Below are positions 7,143 to 17,200 of a stretch of 46,395 bases of DNA, piece after piece. The position numbers and the translations under genes are program-made. Every line of letters begins with the position of its first letter. The first letter of the stretch is position 1. The notes below the pieces were generated by a model that was not told the DNA's origin, made no database searches, and saw nothing but the letters and a program-made list of their open reading frames with translations. The DNA is from Clostridium sp. CAG:138 (GTDB lineage Bacteria; Verrucomicrobiota; Kiritimatiellia; RFP12; UBA1067), in the NCBI GenBank assembly GCA_963626295.1, contig CAVFWS010000003.1:1-46395 (forward strand). The letters are read 5' to 3'.

Positions 7143-9212
7143 TTACGCCGTCTTGAGTTCGATGTCCGGATCGAGATAGACGAATCCGCCGGACGCATAC
7201 CACGAGAAGTACACCCTCACGTCCACCGGGCTGACCGTCGGGATGTCGAGCGGCAGCTCCAAGACCTTCTGCGTGAGGTCAGAGTCGTTCACCCAGACGG
7301 ACGACGAATCGTCCGACCAGCGTCCGTGGATCGTCGAGTAGTACGTCTTGTCGCCGATGGTCGCCGAAAGGAAGAAGTGGCGGTACATCTCCGCGTCCTT
7401 TGCATACCCCTTGTAGGCGATGTGCGCCTTGAGGAGATGGCGGCCTGTGGTCGTGGGCGTGATCTGCATCCCGTTGAACGGTCTCCGGCCCAGCACCATC
7501 GTCTCGGCGTTCGAGCAGGTGTTGTTGTAGAGCTTCAGCGCGGATGCGCCGCCGCCCGTGCGGTGGACGGAGTACGTGTCGCAGATCCCGTTCGCACACC
7601 GGAACGCGAAGTGTCCCGTTGCGCCCTCGTTGTTGCAGCCGATTCCCTGATAGACGTGGTAGGCCTTCGAGGAGGAGGTCGTCATCGCGCCGAGGCTGGC
7701 GTTCGAGGCGTCGACGAACACGCTTCCGTAATCGTCGTAGTCCGAGAAGATCGCCGCATCCTCGTCGTAGGGATATTCGGAGTTCTCGAGGTTCACGGTG
7801 ATCTGCCGGATGCGGACGTGCGTCCCGTTCGAGACGAACACGCACTTCCCCGGAAACCACGTCGTGACGGCCTGGATGTCGCCCTCGACCTGCTTTAAGA
7901 TCACCGACCCTTGGAAGGTCGCGTCCGTGAGGCGGGCGTTCTCGAGATAGAGCGCCTTGCCACGCGGATGCGTGATCGTGAGATTGCTGATCTGCGGCAC
8001 CTTCGCGTAGAACGTCGTGTCGCTTGTCGAAAACGAGATCGACGCGGCGGCGTAGTTGTCGTTGTCCGTTGCGGCGTAGTCGTAGGAGATCGGCGAGCCG
8101 ATGCCCGATTCCGTCGCGAGGGTGATGGTCACGTTGTCGATCTTCTTGACCACGCCGGGGACGTAGTTCCCCGAGTAGCAGCGGTCGATGTCGAGGACGG
8201 GGCTCTTGCAGTACCAGCAGTTCGGCAGCACGACCGAGACATCCGTGAGCGAAAGCTCGTAGACGCTCGAAAAGTACATCATCGCCGCTTCGATCTGGAA
8301 GGTCGTGGGTCTCGTCGTCGAGAGCGCGTTCCCCATCTTGATCGTGATGCCGCTCACCTCGCACGAGACGTAGCCCTGCACGTAGAAGAGCCCCGGCACC
8401 TTGCTGGCGGTTCCGTTGAAGCGGATCGTCTGCTCCACGTTCTTGATCCGGCACTCGATGCCCTTGTTGGAAGTCCCCGAAAGGTAGAGCGGATAGGAGT
8501 TGTACGAATCCGTCCACACGGCGGAGTAGACCTTCACGTCCTCGACGTTTAGGATGTCCGCGAAGTAGCAGTAGATGCCGCACGGGTTGTTCGAGTTCCC
8601 CGTGACCGCGTGATTGATCACGCAGTCCGTGATGTTGAGCATCCTCGCGTAGTAGACGTACACATACGATTTGCAACGACTTGTCGTGAGCTCGCCCGTG
8701 TAGGTCGACTTGTCGAGGTTGATGCCGCGAGAGCCGAACTTGCAGTGCTCGAACGAGTAGCACCCGATGGCCGAGGACGTGTTGCTCATCTTGAAGATGT
8801 AGCCGTCCGAGTTGATGCCGTCGCGGAAGAGGTACACGCGGTGCAAGAGGAAGTGGTTGATCGACGGAAGCTGGAACGATCCGCTCGTCGACTCGAACTG
8901 GATGTTCGCGTATTCGGCGGTGTCCGCGCCCCACGCCGTCTTCGCCGCATCCGGCATGATGGAGTACATCGTGTCGCTGGCGTTCGGCATTCCGAGGAAC
9001 AAAATGTTCTTGATCGACGAGTTCGTGCCGTTCGGGAGCTTCGCGGCATACGTCTCGGCCGTGCGGCGGATCACGTAGGCCGTGTTGTCGGTGAAGCTGC
9101 CGACCGCCGTCGGAAGCGCGTTCATCGCGTTCGCGGGCGTCGAGCCGTCGCCATTGGTGCTGGCGGACGGGTCGACGTACTTCACGTCAAATTCAACGTT
9201 CGAGTAAAGCAT
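7143..9212 (-). CDS. tailspike-like protein, right-handed beta-helix (pectate-lyase fold) candidate
   Basis: 689 aa. The N-terminus VDPSASTNGDGSTPANAMNALPTA is typical of beta-helix proteins, and short N/S/T/G-rich repeats recur throughout. Confidence 0.6.
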   Translation of the reverse strand: MLYSNVEFDVKYVDPSASTNGDGSTPANAMNALPTAVGSFTDNTAYVIRRTAETYAAKLPNGTNSSIKNILFLGMPNASDTMYSIMPDAAKTAWGADTAEYANIQFESTSGSFQLPSINHFLLHRVYLFRDGINSDGYIFKMSNTSSAIGCYSFEHCKFGSRGINLDKSTYTGELTTSRCKSYVYVYYARMLNITDCVINHAVTGNSNNPCGIYCYFADILNVEDVKVYSAVWTDSYNSYPLYLSGTSNKGIECRIKNVEQTIRFNGTASKVPGLFYVQGYVSCEVSGITIKMGNALSTTRPTTFQIEAAMMYFSSVYELSLTDVSVVLPNCWYCKSPVLDIDRCYSGNYVPGVVKKIDNVTITLATESGIGSPISYDYAATDNDNYAAASISFSTSDTTFYAKVPQISNLTITHPRGKALYLENARLTDATFQGSVILKQVEGDIQAVTTWFPGKCVFVSNGTHVRIRQITVNLENSEYPYDEDAAIFSDYDDYGSVFVDASNASLGAMTTSSSKAYHVYQGIGCNNEGATGHFAFRCANGICDTYSVHRTGGGASALKLYNNTCSNAETMVLGRRPFNGMQITPTTTGRHLLKAHIAYKGYAKDAEMYRHFFLSATIGDKTYYSTIHGRWSDDSSSVWVNDSDLTQKVLELPLDIPTVSPVDVRVYFSWYASGGFVYLDPDIELKTA

Positions 9213-9248
9213 GGTTCAATGACCTTTCAAAGGGTGTTAAAGAGGCGT

Positions 9249-10652
9249 TCAAATGTCGAAGGACGAATACTGCGGCATCTCGATCAGGGTTGGGATTGCC
9301 GCCGGGTTCACCACGGAGAGGCCGAGGCCGCCGGTCGGCGAGCCGCCGCCGTTGGTCCAGGGCGAGAGGAGCGTGCGCCCGTTGACGACCGCATAGCGGT
9401 TCATCTCGTCGTCCGTGACCCCGGCCTCCTTAAAATTTACGATGACCTCCCCGTCGATTCCCTTGCGGATGTGTGCGTTCTCGAACACGATCCGGGAGAC
9501 CTTGGCGACCGAGGTGTCCGCATCTGCGACGAGGACGTCCCCGTACACGGTCGAATCGTCGCCGAGATACTTGACCCATGTGGCCGAGGCGAAGTCCGCG
9601 AAGACGGGCGTGTCGAGCGGCTCGTCGCGCAGAATCTCGGCGCGGTACTTGAGCGACGAGGCCGGAAGGAGCGAGAAGCCCGTTCCGTCCGACTGGCTGG
9701 CGTAGGCGACGTAGAGGTAGCTCTCGTGTCCCGTCGCGCCGGTCGGGCCACGCGGGATCTTGAAGTTGAACACAGCGTCGCTCGTCGTGCCAGAGTTCGT
9801 GACCTCCGGCTCCTGGTCGGTCGGGATCATCTCCGTCGTTCCCACGCGGATCGTCGCGGCATCGCCACGCGCACCCTGCGGGATCTTGAAGTTGAAGACG
9901 GCATCGTGTTCATCGCCGACGTTCTCGATCTCGGGGTCGCTGCCGGGGTTCCCCGCCTCGACCGTTCCGACTTGAATGGTCGAGCGTTCGCCACGGGGGC
10001 CGACGAGAAGCGGCAATGGATCGCTCCATTCGAGTCCGACCATCGCATTGCGGAAGCGATACCACCTCGCCGTTTCGGGCGCACCTTCCTCCGGATCGAC
10101 CTCGTACCACGTCTCGCCGTCATCCGAACACTGCACGGCGAGCCGCGCCGCGAAGAGCGCGCGGATCTGCGCCGCCGAGTACGTTCCGTCGTCGACGGGC
10201 ACGGGCGTTCCCGTTCCCGCGTCGGCGCGGCGGTTGCGGATCGCGATGTCGAACTGCAGCAGGAAGCCGGGCGTCGTTTCGCCGACCTCGAAACCCGCGA
10301 GCTCGCAGCCGAAGTTCGCCGACTCGTTCTTTCCGAGAGCGGCGATCAGCTCCTCCGTGTTCGTCTCGGTGAGCGGGATGTGAACCTCGTTCCCCGAAAC
10401 CGTGATCCCGTCCTTGACGCGGATCTGCGGATTGGTACTGGTGTCCCAGTCGTTCGCAATCGCGAAATCCCACGTCGCATAGTCGAGCGCGGTCGGATCG
10501 AGAGCCGCGCCGTTCGCGTCCACGAGCTTCAGCACCAGTTCGGCGCGGAGACCGCGTGTCAGCGCGGGGAGCGAGGAAACCGCCTGGTTCCACTCGTCGA
10601 CGAGCGTCCCCTTGACGCTCGCCGCCCGCAAGTACATCGTGATGATCTGCAT
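9249..10652 (-). CDS. tail fibre protein
   Basis: Contains the short G-X-Y stretch GPRGER and a duplicated segment ending AVFNFKIPQGARGD / AVFNFKIPRGPTGATG. It sits in the tail-distal module. Confidence 0.65.
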   Translation of the reverse strand: MQIITMYLRAASVKGTLVDEWNQAVSSLPALTRGLRAELVLKLVDANGAALDPTALDYATWDFAIANDWDTSTNPQIRVKDGITVSGNEVHIPLTETNTEELIAALGKNESANFGCELAGFEVGETTPGFLLQFDIAIRNRRADAGTGTPVPVDDGTYSAAQIRALFAARLAVQCSDDGETWYEVDPEEGAPETARWYRFRNAMVGLEWSDPLPLLVGPRGERSTIQVGTVEAGNPGSDPEIENVGDEHDAVFNFKIPQGARGDAATIRVGTTEMIPTDQEPEVTNSGTTSDAVFNFKIPRGPTGATGHESYLYVAYASQSDGTGFSLLPASSLKYRAEILRDEPLDTPVFADFASATWVKYLGDDSTVYGDVLVADADTSVAKVSRIVFENAHIRKGIDGEVIVNFKEAGVTDDEMNRYAVVNGRTLLSPWTNGGGSPTGGLGLSVVNPAAIPTLIEMPQYSSFDI

Positions 10653-10655
10653 GTC

Positions 10656-11714
10656 TCAAGTTTCCTTGTTTCTAAAGTGAAATCCGTTCTCGCAGCCGTA
10701 GTCCTGGAAGAACCAACACTTGCCCACGTAGCCGCGCTTCGCGCTCCGCCGGTGGGTGGCCGAGCCTTTCTCGTCGAAGTCGCTCGTCGGAACGACCTCG
10801 TTCTTCGGGATCGAATCGACGTTCCCGAAGTCGAACTCCATCTCCGTCGGATCGTCGACGTGCTCCTTCTTGACGTTCATGCCTTTCTTGAACTTGCTCT
10901 CGCCGCCGTCGAACACGGTCGTGGCGAGTTCGACCGAGTACGGAACGGGGGTGGTCGGCTCCGTCACCAAGGCATAGCCGAGGAAGTCCAGCTCGCGTCC
11001 GGCGACCCAGCTCCGCACCTTCTGGAAGGTGTAGGAGATCGACTGGGCGTATCCGCAGTAGCCGTTGCAGTTGTCCTCGCTCTCCTCCTGGTCGGGCTGC
11101 GGACACTTCCAGTGGGTGTTCCCGCTCCAGGCGTACACGGATGACGGCACGGACGAGAACTTCGAGGTGTTGAATCCGCGCTCGTCGTCGAACGCCATCT
11201 CGAAGGCATCTCCGATGGACTCGTCGAACGGCGGATCATGCCGACTGCCGGACCGCGTGTAGGTGAGTCCCCACGCGCCCGGACAGCGGATCACCGTCAG
11301 CTTGTCGATGGCGTTCTTGATCCACTTGAGCCACGTGCCGCCGTTCTCGCAGAGGTCGCCGAGCTTGGCGAACTCGTAGAGGCGGCAACCTTCCTCCTGT
11401 ATGAGGTCGCGATACGTCCACATCTTCGGAAAGTCCGAGTAGTCCTCCTCGTAATCGTCGAAATCCTTGTTGAAGAAGTTCCGCGAGATCTGCGAGATCG
11501 CCCGCACGACGGCCTTGACCTGCTTGATCGAGACCGTCTTCCACGGCGAGATCGTCGCGATGTCGGAGGGAAGCGACGCGTGTACCGCCGCGCACCGCTC
11601 CATGATCGCGTTCCTGATCGCCATGATGTAGTCGGCGTTTCGCGGGTCGGGGACGTTCCAGTTCATTCCCTTCGATTCCCACGAGGTCGGCTCCTCGTAG
11701 CGGATTATCTCCAT
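10656..11714 (-). CDS. hypothetical virion (tail tip or baseplate) protein
   Basis: Start at MEIIRYEEP (ATG 11714). The longer N-terminus in the track is Arg/Gly-rich junk. Coding composition is normal (352 aa). Confidence 0.55.
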   Translation of the reverse strand: MEIIRYEEPTSWESKGMNWNVPDPRNADYIMAIRNAIMERCAAVHASLPSDIATISPWKTVSIKQVKAVVRAISQISRNFFNKDFDDYEEDYSDFPKMWTYRDLIQEEGCRLYEFAKLGDLCENGGTWLKWIKNAIDKLTVIRCPGAWGLTYTRSGSRHDPPFDESIGDAFEMAFDDERGFNTSKFSSVPSSVYAWSGNTHWKCPQPDQEESEDNCNGYCGYAQSISYTFQKVRSWVAGRELDFLGYALVTEPTTPVPYSVELATTVFDGGESKFKKGMNVKKEHVDDPTEMEFDFGNVDSIPKNEVVPTSDFDEKGSATHRRSAKRGYVGKCWFFQDYGCENGFHFRNKET

Positions 11715-12544
11715 ATCGCGGCCTCCCCAAGAAACACGGCGGCGCGTTCGTCGCCCTTGACGTAGTCCTTCAAGCTGACATTGATGTCCTGTCCCTTGGC
11801 CTCCGATCCCTCGTTCACGGTGAACTTGAAGGTGACCGATCCCTCCTTCGAGGGTTCCGATCCCTCCCACCAGCCGGAATCCGAGCCGACCTCGCCGATT
11901 ACCCACTTCCCGCCGGAGTGCTTGATCTCGCCGTACTTGTAGTAGCCGTTCTCCTTTGCGAAGGAGCGGACGTAGTACGTGCCGTTTCCGCTGAAGCGCG
12001 GAAGCCCGAGGTGCTTGTCGCCGCTGGCGTCGCCCTTGGGTTCGTACTTTCCGAACTCGCGGCTGGACGCCCAGCGCTTCCACACGGCAGTCAGCTTCTT
12101 CGGCTCCTTGCCGTAGTTCGAGCCGCGCCCCGTCATCTCCTGCTCCGAATCCTCCGAGGACGGAATCGAGCCGATGGTGTAGAACGCATCACCCGTCCCG
12201 ACGTACTCCTTCTTCTCCTCGTCGTATTCGTACTCCTCCAGCGGCTCGTAGCCGGGGAAGAGGTTCGACCACACCCAGCCGTAGGTCTGCGAGTAGTAGA
12301 CGTACCCGTTTCCCTCCCAGTAGATGTAGCCGTTGATCGACGAGTAGACGGGATGAAGTTCCGAGCTGTCGATCTTGAGCGAATAGCAGAGGTAGTCCTT
12401 CGTCATCACGTACCCGCCCCAGTTGGAGCAGTAGAACGCATACGTGTTCGCGTCCTCCTTGAGTCCGCACCAGAATCCGTTCGGCGGCGTCCAGTTCGGC
12501 ACCTCCGGGATGCGGAACTGCGACGGCACATACTGAAAGCTCAT
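11705..12544 (-). CDS. hypothetical virion protein, Tyr/Trp/Gly-rich
   Basis: Start at MSFQYVPSQF (ATG 12544) with an ATGA overlap on the upstream stop. 279 aa. Confidence 0.55.
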   Translation of the reverse strand: MSFQYVPSQFRIPEVPNWTPPNGFWCGLKEDANTYAFYCSNWGGYVMTKDYLCYSLKIDSSELHPVYSSINGYIYWEGNGYVYYSQTYGWVWSNLFPGYEPLEEYEYDEEKKEYVGTGDAFYTIGSIPSSEDSEQEMTGRGSNYGKEPKKLTAVWKRWASSREFGKYEPKGDASGDKHLGLPRFSGNGTYYVRSFAKENGYYKYGEIKHSGGKWVIGEVGSDSGWWEGSEPSKEGSVTFKFTVNEGSEAKGQDINVSLKDYVKGDERAAVFLGEAAIWR

Positions 12545-13296
12545 GTCTCGTTCCCTCCCGTCGACGCGATTGCACACTTGTGTCCGATCACCCACGTCCC
12601 GCTCGGAAGGTCGGCGTCGAGCGCCAAGTCCGGCAGGAAGAGGAGTGCCGAGTAGGTCGTTCCCTCGTCCGTCCTTCCGTTCGGATAGACGGTCACTTGG
12701 TAGCCCGCCGTGGCGGAGCCGCTCGAGACCTTGCACATCATCGCTTTCTCGCCGCCTTCGCCCGCACCTGCGCCGCCCAACTGAAGGATGCACCACTGCG
12801 ATCCCGACCCCGATCCTTTCCAGAGGATGCGGGCGACGCCGGCCGTGGAGCTTTCCATCTCGCCTGTCGAAGAGCCGGACTTGGGAACGGCGTATCCGTC
12901 CTCGGAGTCGTTGACCGTCACCTTTGCGGGCGTGATGCCGAGGAGCATCGCCCGCCCGATCTCGCCCGCCTGTATCGGCTCCAGCGTGATCGCATACGGC
13001 TTGTCCTCGCGGTCTTCCGTCATCTTGTTCCCCTGAAAGACGGGCGTACACGAGACGAACTCGTCCTCGTTCGTGTCCGGCGTCACGCAGATTCCGGTGA
13101 TGACAAGCGCGGAGAAGCGGTCGTAGGTCTGCGACTCGCAGTTCTTAAGTGGGATGATGCCGAAGCCGTACCCGCTCTTCAAACCGTAGCCAAGGCGGTT
13201 CTGCTTCATCTGCTGCGTGAAGTTCGCCGCGTCGATAAAGGCATTCCACGTGGACGCCTTGATGACGACCTGCTCTCCCGCCTTGACCTTATCCAT
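12541..13296 (-). CDS. hypothetical tail protein
   Basis: 251-aa ORF with coding composition, between the post-TMP gene and the tail tip genes. Confidence 0.55.
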   Translation of the reverse strand: MDKVKAGEQVVIKASTWNAFIDAANFTQQMKQNRLGYGLKSGYGFGIIPLKNCESQTYDRFSALVITGICVTPDTNEDEFVSCTPVFQGNKMTEDREDKPYAITLEPIQAGEIGRAMLLGITPAKVTVNDSEDGYAVPKSGSSTGEMESSTAGVARILWKGSGSGSQWCILQLGGAGAGEGGEKAMMCKVSSGSATAGYQVTVYPNGRTDEGTTYSALLFLPDLALDADLPSGTWVIGHKCAIASTGGNET

Positions 13297-13343
13297 TGTG
13301 TGTTTCCCTTTGCTTTACGAGTCAGATTTTGACGGGTGACCCG

Positions 13344-14183
13344 TCAGTTTCCGATGCCGAGGTTTCCGAAGTCGCCCTCCGGATAGACCTGCTCGACATA
13401 CGCCGCGATGGGCTTCTTGATCATGTTTTTCTTGTTGTCCGCCACCTTGTCGGCGTAGCGCACCCAGAGATAGTCCCATCCTTTCTTGTTCGAGACCGTG
13501 AGATCGCCGACCTTGACCGAGGACTGGTTCGCCGAGACGGCGAAGCGGAACGTGATCTCCCACGGTGCGGACGATTTCTTCGAGCGTTTCGAGCCGGACG
13601 CACCGAGGAACAGCACCTCGCCCGCCGAGAAGCCCCGGAAGGACGAGCGGTTCACCGTTCCCGTGAGCGCGGCCACGGCCTTCTTGTACGAGGTCGAGAC
13701 GCGCCCGCCGTTCAGGGTGTGCGTCTCGGTGAAGTTCAATACCGGCATCGTCACGTCCACGCCGTTCACGTTCCCCTCGTTGTCGACCTCGATTGCGCCG
13801 TTGAAGTCCGGTGCGGTGTTCGGAGTCTTCGAGACGGTCTTCAGCGACTGGTTCATGTGCATCGTCCCGCCGCCCGTGTCGAACGCGAAGGAGGACTCCT
13901 CCTCCTCGTCGTCATCGTCGTCGTCATCGCCGTCCTCGTCCTCGGCGTAGATCGCCTTGACCTTCCACGTGTCGCCATTGAGTCGTTCCATGACCTCGAC
14001 CGAGTCGAGTTCCATGCCCTTGACCGTGTGCGACGATGCCGTCGAGCGGGCGGCGGAGAGCGCGGCGTCCTCGTCGGACGCCCCGGTTACGATGTAGGGG
14101 ATCTCGATCTCCGTCACGTTTCCCTTGGCGTCGATGGTCTGGTCGCGTTCCGTATACGCCTCTTCGACCCTTGTTCCTGCCAT
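13344..14183 (-). CDS. virion protein in the distal-tail-protein position (directly after the tape measure)
   Basis: 279 aa with the internal acidic run EDEDGDDDDDDDEEEE. The call rests on synteny only. Confidence 0.5.
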   Translation of the reverse strand: MAGTRVEEAYTERDQTIDAKGNVTEIEIPYIVTGASDEDAALSAARSTASSHTVKGMELDSVEVMERLNGDTWKVKAIYAEDEDGDDDDDDDEEEESSFAFDTGGGTMHMNQSLKTVSKTPNTAPDFNGAIEVDNEGNVNGVDVTMPVLNFTETHTLNGGRVSTSYKKAVAALTGTVNRSSFRGFSAGEVLFLGASGSKRSKKSSAPWEITFRFAVSANQSSVKVGDLTVSNKKGWDYLWVRYADKVADNKKNMIKKPIAAYVEQVYPEGDFGNLGIGN

Positions 14184-14202
14184 AGTTTCAAGTTTCCTTT
14201 CT

Positions 14203-17200
14203 TCATGTGAAGCTCATCGAGCTTCCAGTACCGTCTTTCAGCAGCTCTGCGGCTTTCTTCGTGTGCTTCTCGATCTCCTGCGTGACCGAGAGCATGCGCT
14301 GCTCCATCTGGTTGCCACGGAGGTTCTGCGCCGCCTTGGCGTAGAACGTTCCCTGCGGCTTCACCGCTCCGGTGCGCTTCTGCGTCTCGTCCTGTGCGGC
14401 GCGGAGCTTCGCGGCGTACTTGTCGACGAGGCCCTCGGAGTAGGAGTAGGCGTCCTTCGCCTTGCCGATCTTCTCCTTCTCCTCGTCGGTTATCGTGCCG
14501 TCCGCCGCCGCATCCTTGAGCGCCTTGTCGAACTCCGCCTTGGCCTGCACCGCCGCGATCTTCGACTGGTTGATGAGATCGTTTAGGAGTTTCATCCCCG
14601 CCGCCGCATCGGTCTTCAAGGTCGCGTCGACCTTGCGGTCGGTCTCGCCCTCGTCGCGGTTTCGCTGGATGTCCGCCGCCGTCTGGTCGAAGTCGCCCTG
14701 GAGGTCACCGACCTCCTTGTCGAACTTCTTCTTGGCCCTCGCGTTCGCGGCGGCGATCCGCCTCTCGGCGACCGCATCCGCCTCGGTGAGGCGGCCCTCG
14801 AGGTCGGCGATCTTTTCCAGATCCTTCTGCTTCTTCGACTTCTCGAAGGAGAGGACGGTTGCGAGGAGTTTCTTGTACTCGTCGCGGAGTTCCACGATGT
14901 CGGAGATCTCGTTCTGAAGCTCGGTCTGCTGTTCGCGGGTGAGCTTCTTCTCGATCTCGGCGGCTTTCTTCGCCGCCCGGTCCGCCTCGTCGGCGGAGGC
15001 CGCTTTCTCCGACTTGCCCTGTTCGACCTTGGATTCGAGCTGTTCCTTCTCCGCCTTGCCGCCGGTGAGCGATCCTTTCTCGTTTCCGAGAATGGCGTCG
15101 CGCCGCTGGCGGACTTCGGCGATCCGCTTCATCGTCTCCTCGATCTTCTTGCCGTTCGCCTCGATGTCGCTCGCGGCCTTGCCCATCCGGAAGGTGATCG
15201 TGTTCCATGCGTTCACCCAGAAGCCGGTCAGGGATTCGTTCTCCTCGTCCAGTTCGCGGATGTTCTTCTTGAGCTCGGCCATCTCGGCTTCCACCTGCTG
15301 CAAAGCCTGCGCCTTCATCGCGGCGTTGAACCGCTCCTGCGCATCGGTCGCAAGCGAGATCGAATTGGTCGTCTTGTCGACGGAGATCCCGAGCGCACCG
15401 TACCGCGCCTTCAACTGGTTCGAGAGGCGGTCGGCCTCCTTCATCTCGGCGTTCGATAGATTTTCCTTCTCGGCGAGCTGCTGGAGCCGCTGCATCCGGA
15501 GTTCGTCCGTCGCCCGGAGATCGTCGCCTTTCTCGCGGAGCCTGCCCATCTCGTCCGAGAGGGTCGCCGTGTGCTTCGAGGCGGACGCCATGTAGGCGCA
15601 GAGTCCGGCCAATGCGCCCACGACCGCGATCAGCACCCACGTGATCGGAATCGCGCAGAACGCAGCCGCCGCCGAGGCCGCCGCGAGGTAGCCCGCCGCG
15701 ACGAGCTTCGTCGTGAGAGCCAACGCCACGTTAGCCGTACCCGCCGCAGCCGCCCCGAGAGCGGCTTTCGCGTGGGATGCGGTGACCATGCCCGAGACCG
15801 TCGCGAACGCCGCGTGCGCGGCCGTGGAGGCCTTTGCGGCGAGAGTTCCGACGGTTTCGGCGGCGGCGTGGGCCTTGGCGGACACCGTGGCGGCGATGGT
15901 GGCGCGGTTGAGGCCCTTGAGAGCCGTCACGATGCCGCCGAAGTTCGCCGCCGTGGCCGTCCGGGCGACCGCCGTCGTGTGCAGGTTCGCGGACAAGGTC
16001 GCGGCGGTCGTGGCCGTCGTGACGCCCTTGAGTCCGGACACCATCCCGTCGAACTTGCCCGCCGTCGCGCTCTTCCCGACCGCGAGCGTGTGCAGCTTCG
16101 CGGACACCGTCGCCGCGATGGTCGCGAGGTTGAGGTTCTTGATCGATGCGATCAGTCCCTCGAACCGGGCGGCGACCGCCGTCTTTGCGACTGCCGCCGT
16201 GTGAAGATTCGCGGAGACCGTGGCTGCGATGGTGGCAAGGTTCACGCCCCGCAGGGACGCGATCATGCCCTCGAACTTTGCCGCAATAGCGGTCTTCGCG
16301 ACCGCGAGCGCGTGGAGCTTCGCCGAGACCGTGGCCGCAATCGTGGCGAGGTTGACGTTCCGCAAGGAAGCGACCATGCCGTCGAACTTGGCGGCAAGCG
16401 CCGTTTTCGCAACCGCCGCCGTGTGGAGGCGGGCGGAGACGGCAGCCGCAATCGTCGCGGCGTTGACTCCCTTGAGCGAGGCGATCATTCCGCCGAACTT
16501 CGCCGCAACCGCCGTCTTTGCGAGGGCGAGTGCGTGGAGTTTCGCCGAGACCGTCGCCGCAATGGTGGCGAGATTCACGCTCTTGAGGGCATTTACAACC
16601 CCCTCAAACTTCCCGGCTGCCGCCGATTTCGCGAGGGCGAGGGCGTGTATCTTCGCCGAAGCCGCCGCCGCGAGGGTCGCGAGGTTCACGCCCTTCAAAG
16701 ACGCGAGCATCGAGCCGAACTTCGCCGCGACCGAGGTCTTGGCAACGGCGGCGGTGTGTGCGTTTGCGGCAGCCGTCGCCGTGACCGTGGCGGCGTTCAC
16801 CCCCTTGAGCGCGGCAATCATCGAACCGAACTTCGCGGCGAGCGCCGTCTTGGCGACAGCCGCCGTGTGCATCTTCGCCGAGAGTGCTGCGGCGACGGTC
16901 GCGGCATTCACGCCCTTGAGGGCGGTGATCATGCCGGAGAACTTCGCCGCGACGGCGGTCTTCGCAACCGCCATCGTATGCAGTTTCGCCGAGACCGTGG
17001 CCGCGATTGTCGCCGCATCAACCCCCTTGAGGGCGGTCAGCATCGCGCCGAACTTCGCCGCAACGCCGGTCTTGGCGACGGCGGCGGTGTGTGCGTTCGC
17101 AGCAACAGTTGCAGCCGACGTGGCAGCAGTGACCCCGTTCAGAGAGGACACCATGCCACCGAACCGGGCGGCGACGGAGGTCTTGGCGACCGCCGCCGTG

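Noticed and set aside
8610-11144. 844-aa plus-strand ORF; the same applies to 15571-19305, 22000-23664, 34545-36398, 37427-39190, 30758-31948 and 31857-33485
   Set aside because: All are antisense to minus-strand genes that have recognisable domains or normal composition. Their translations are Arg/Gly/Asp/Val-rich with no motifs. Long open antisense frames are expected at this GC content.
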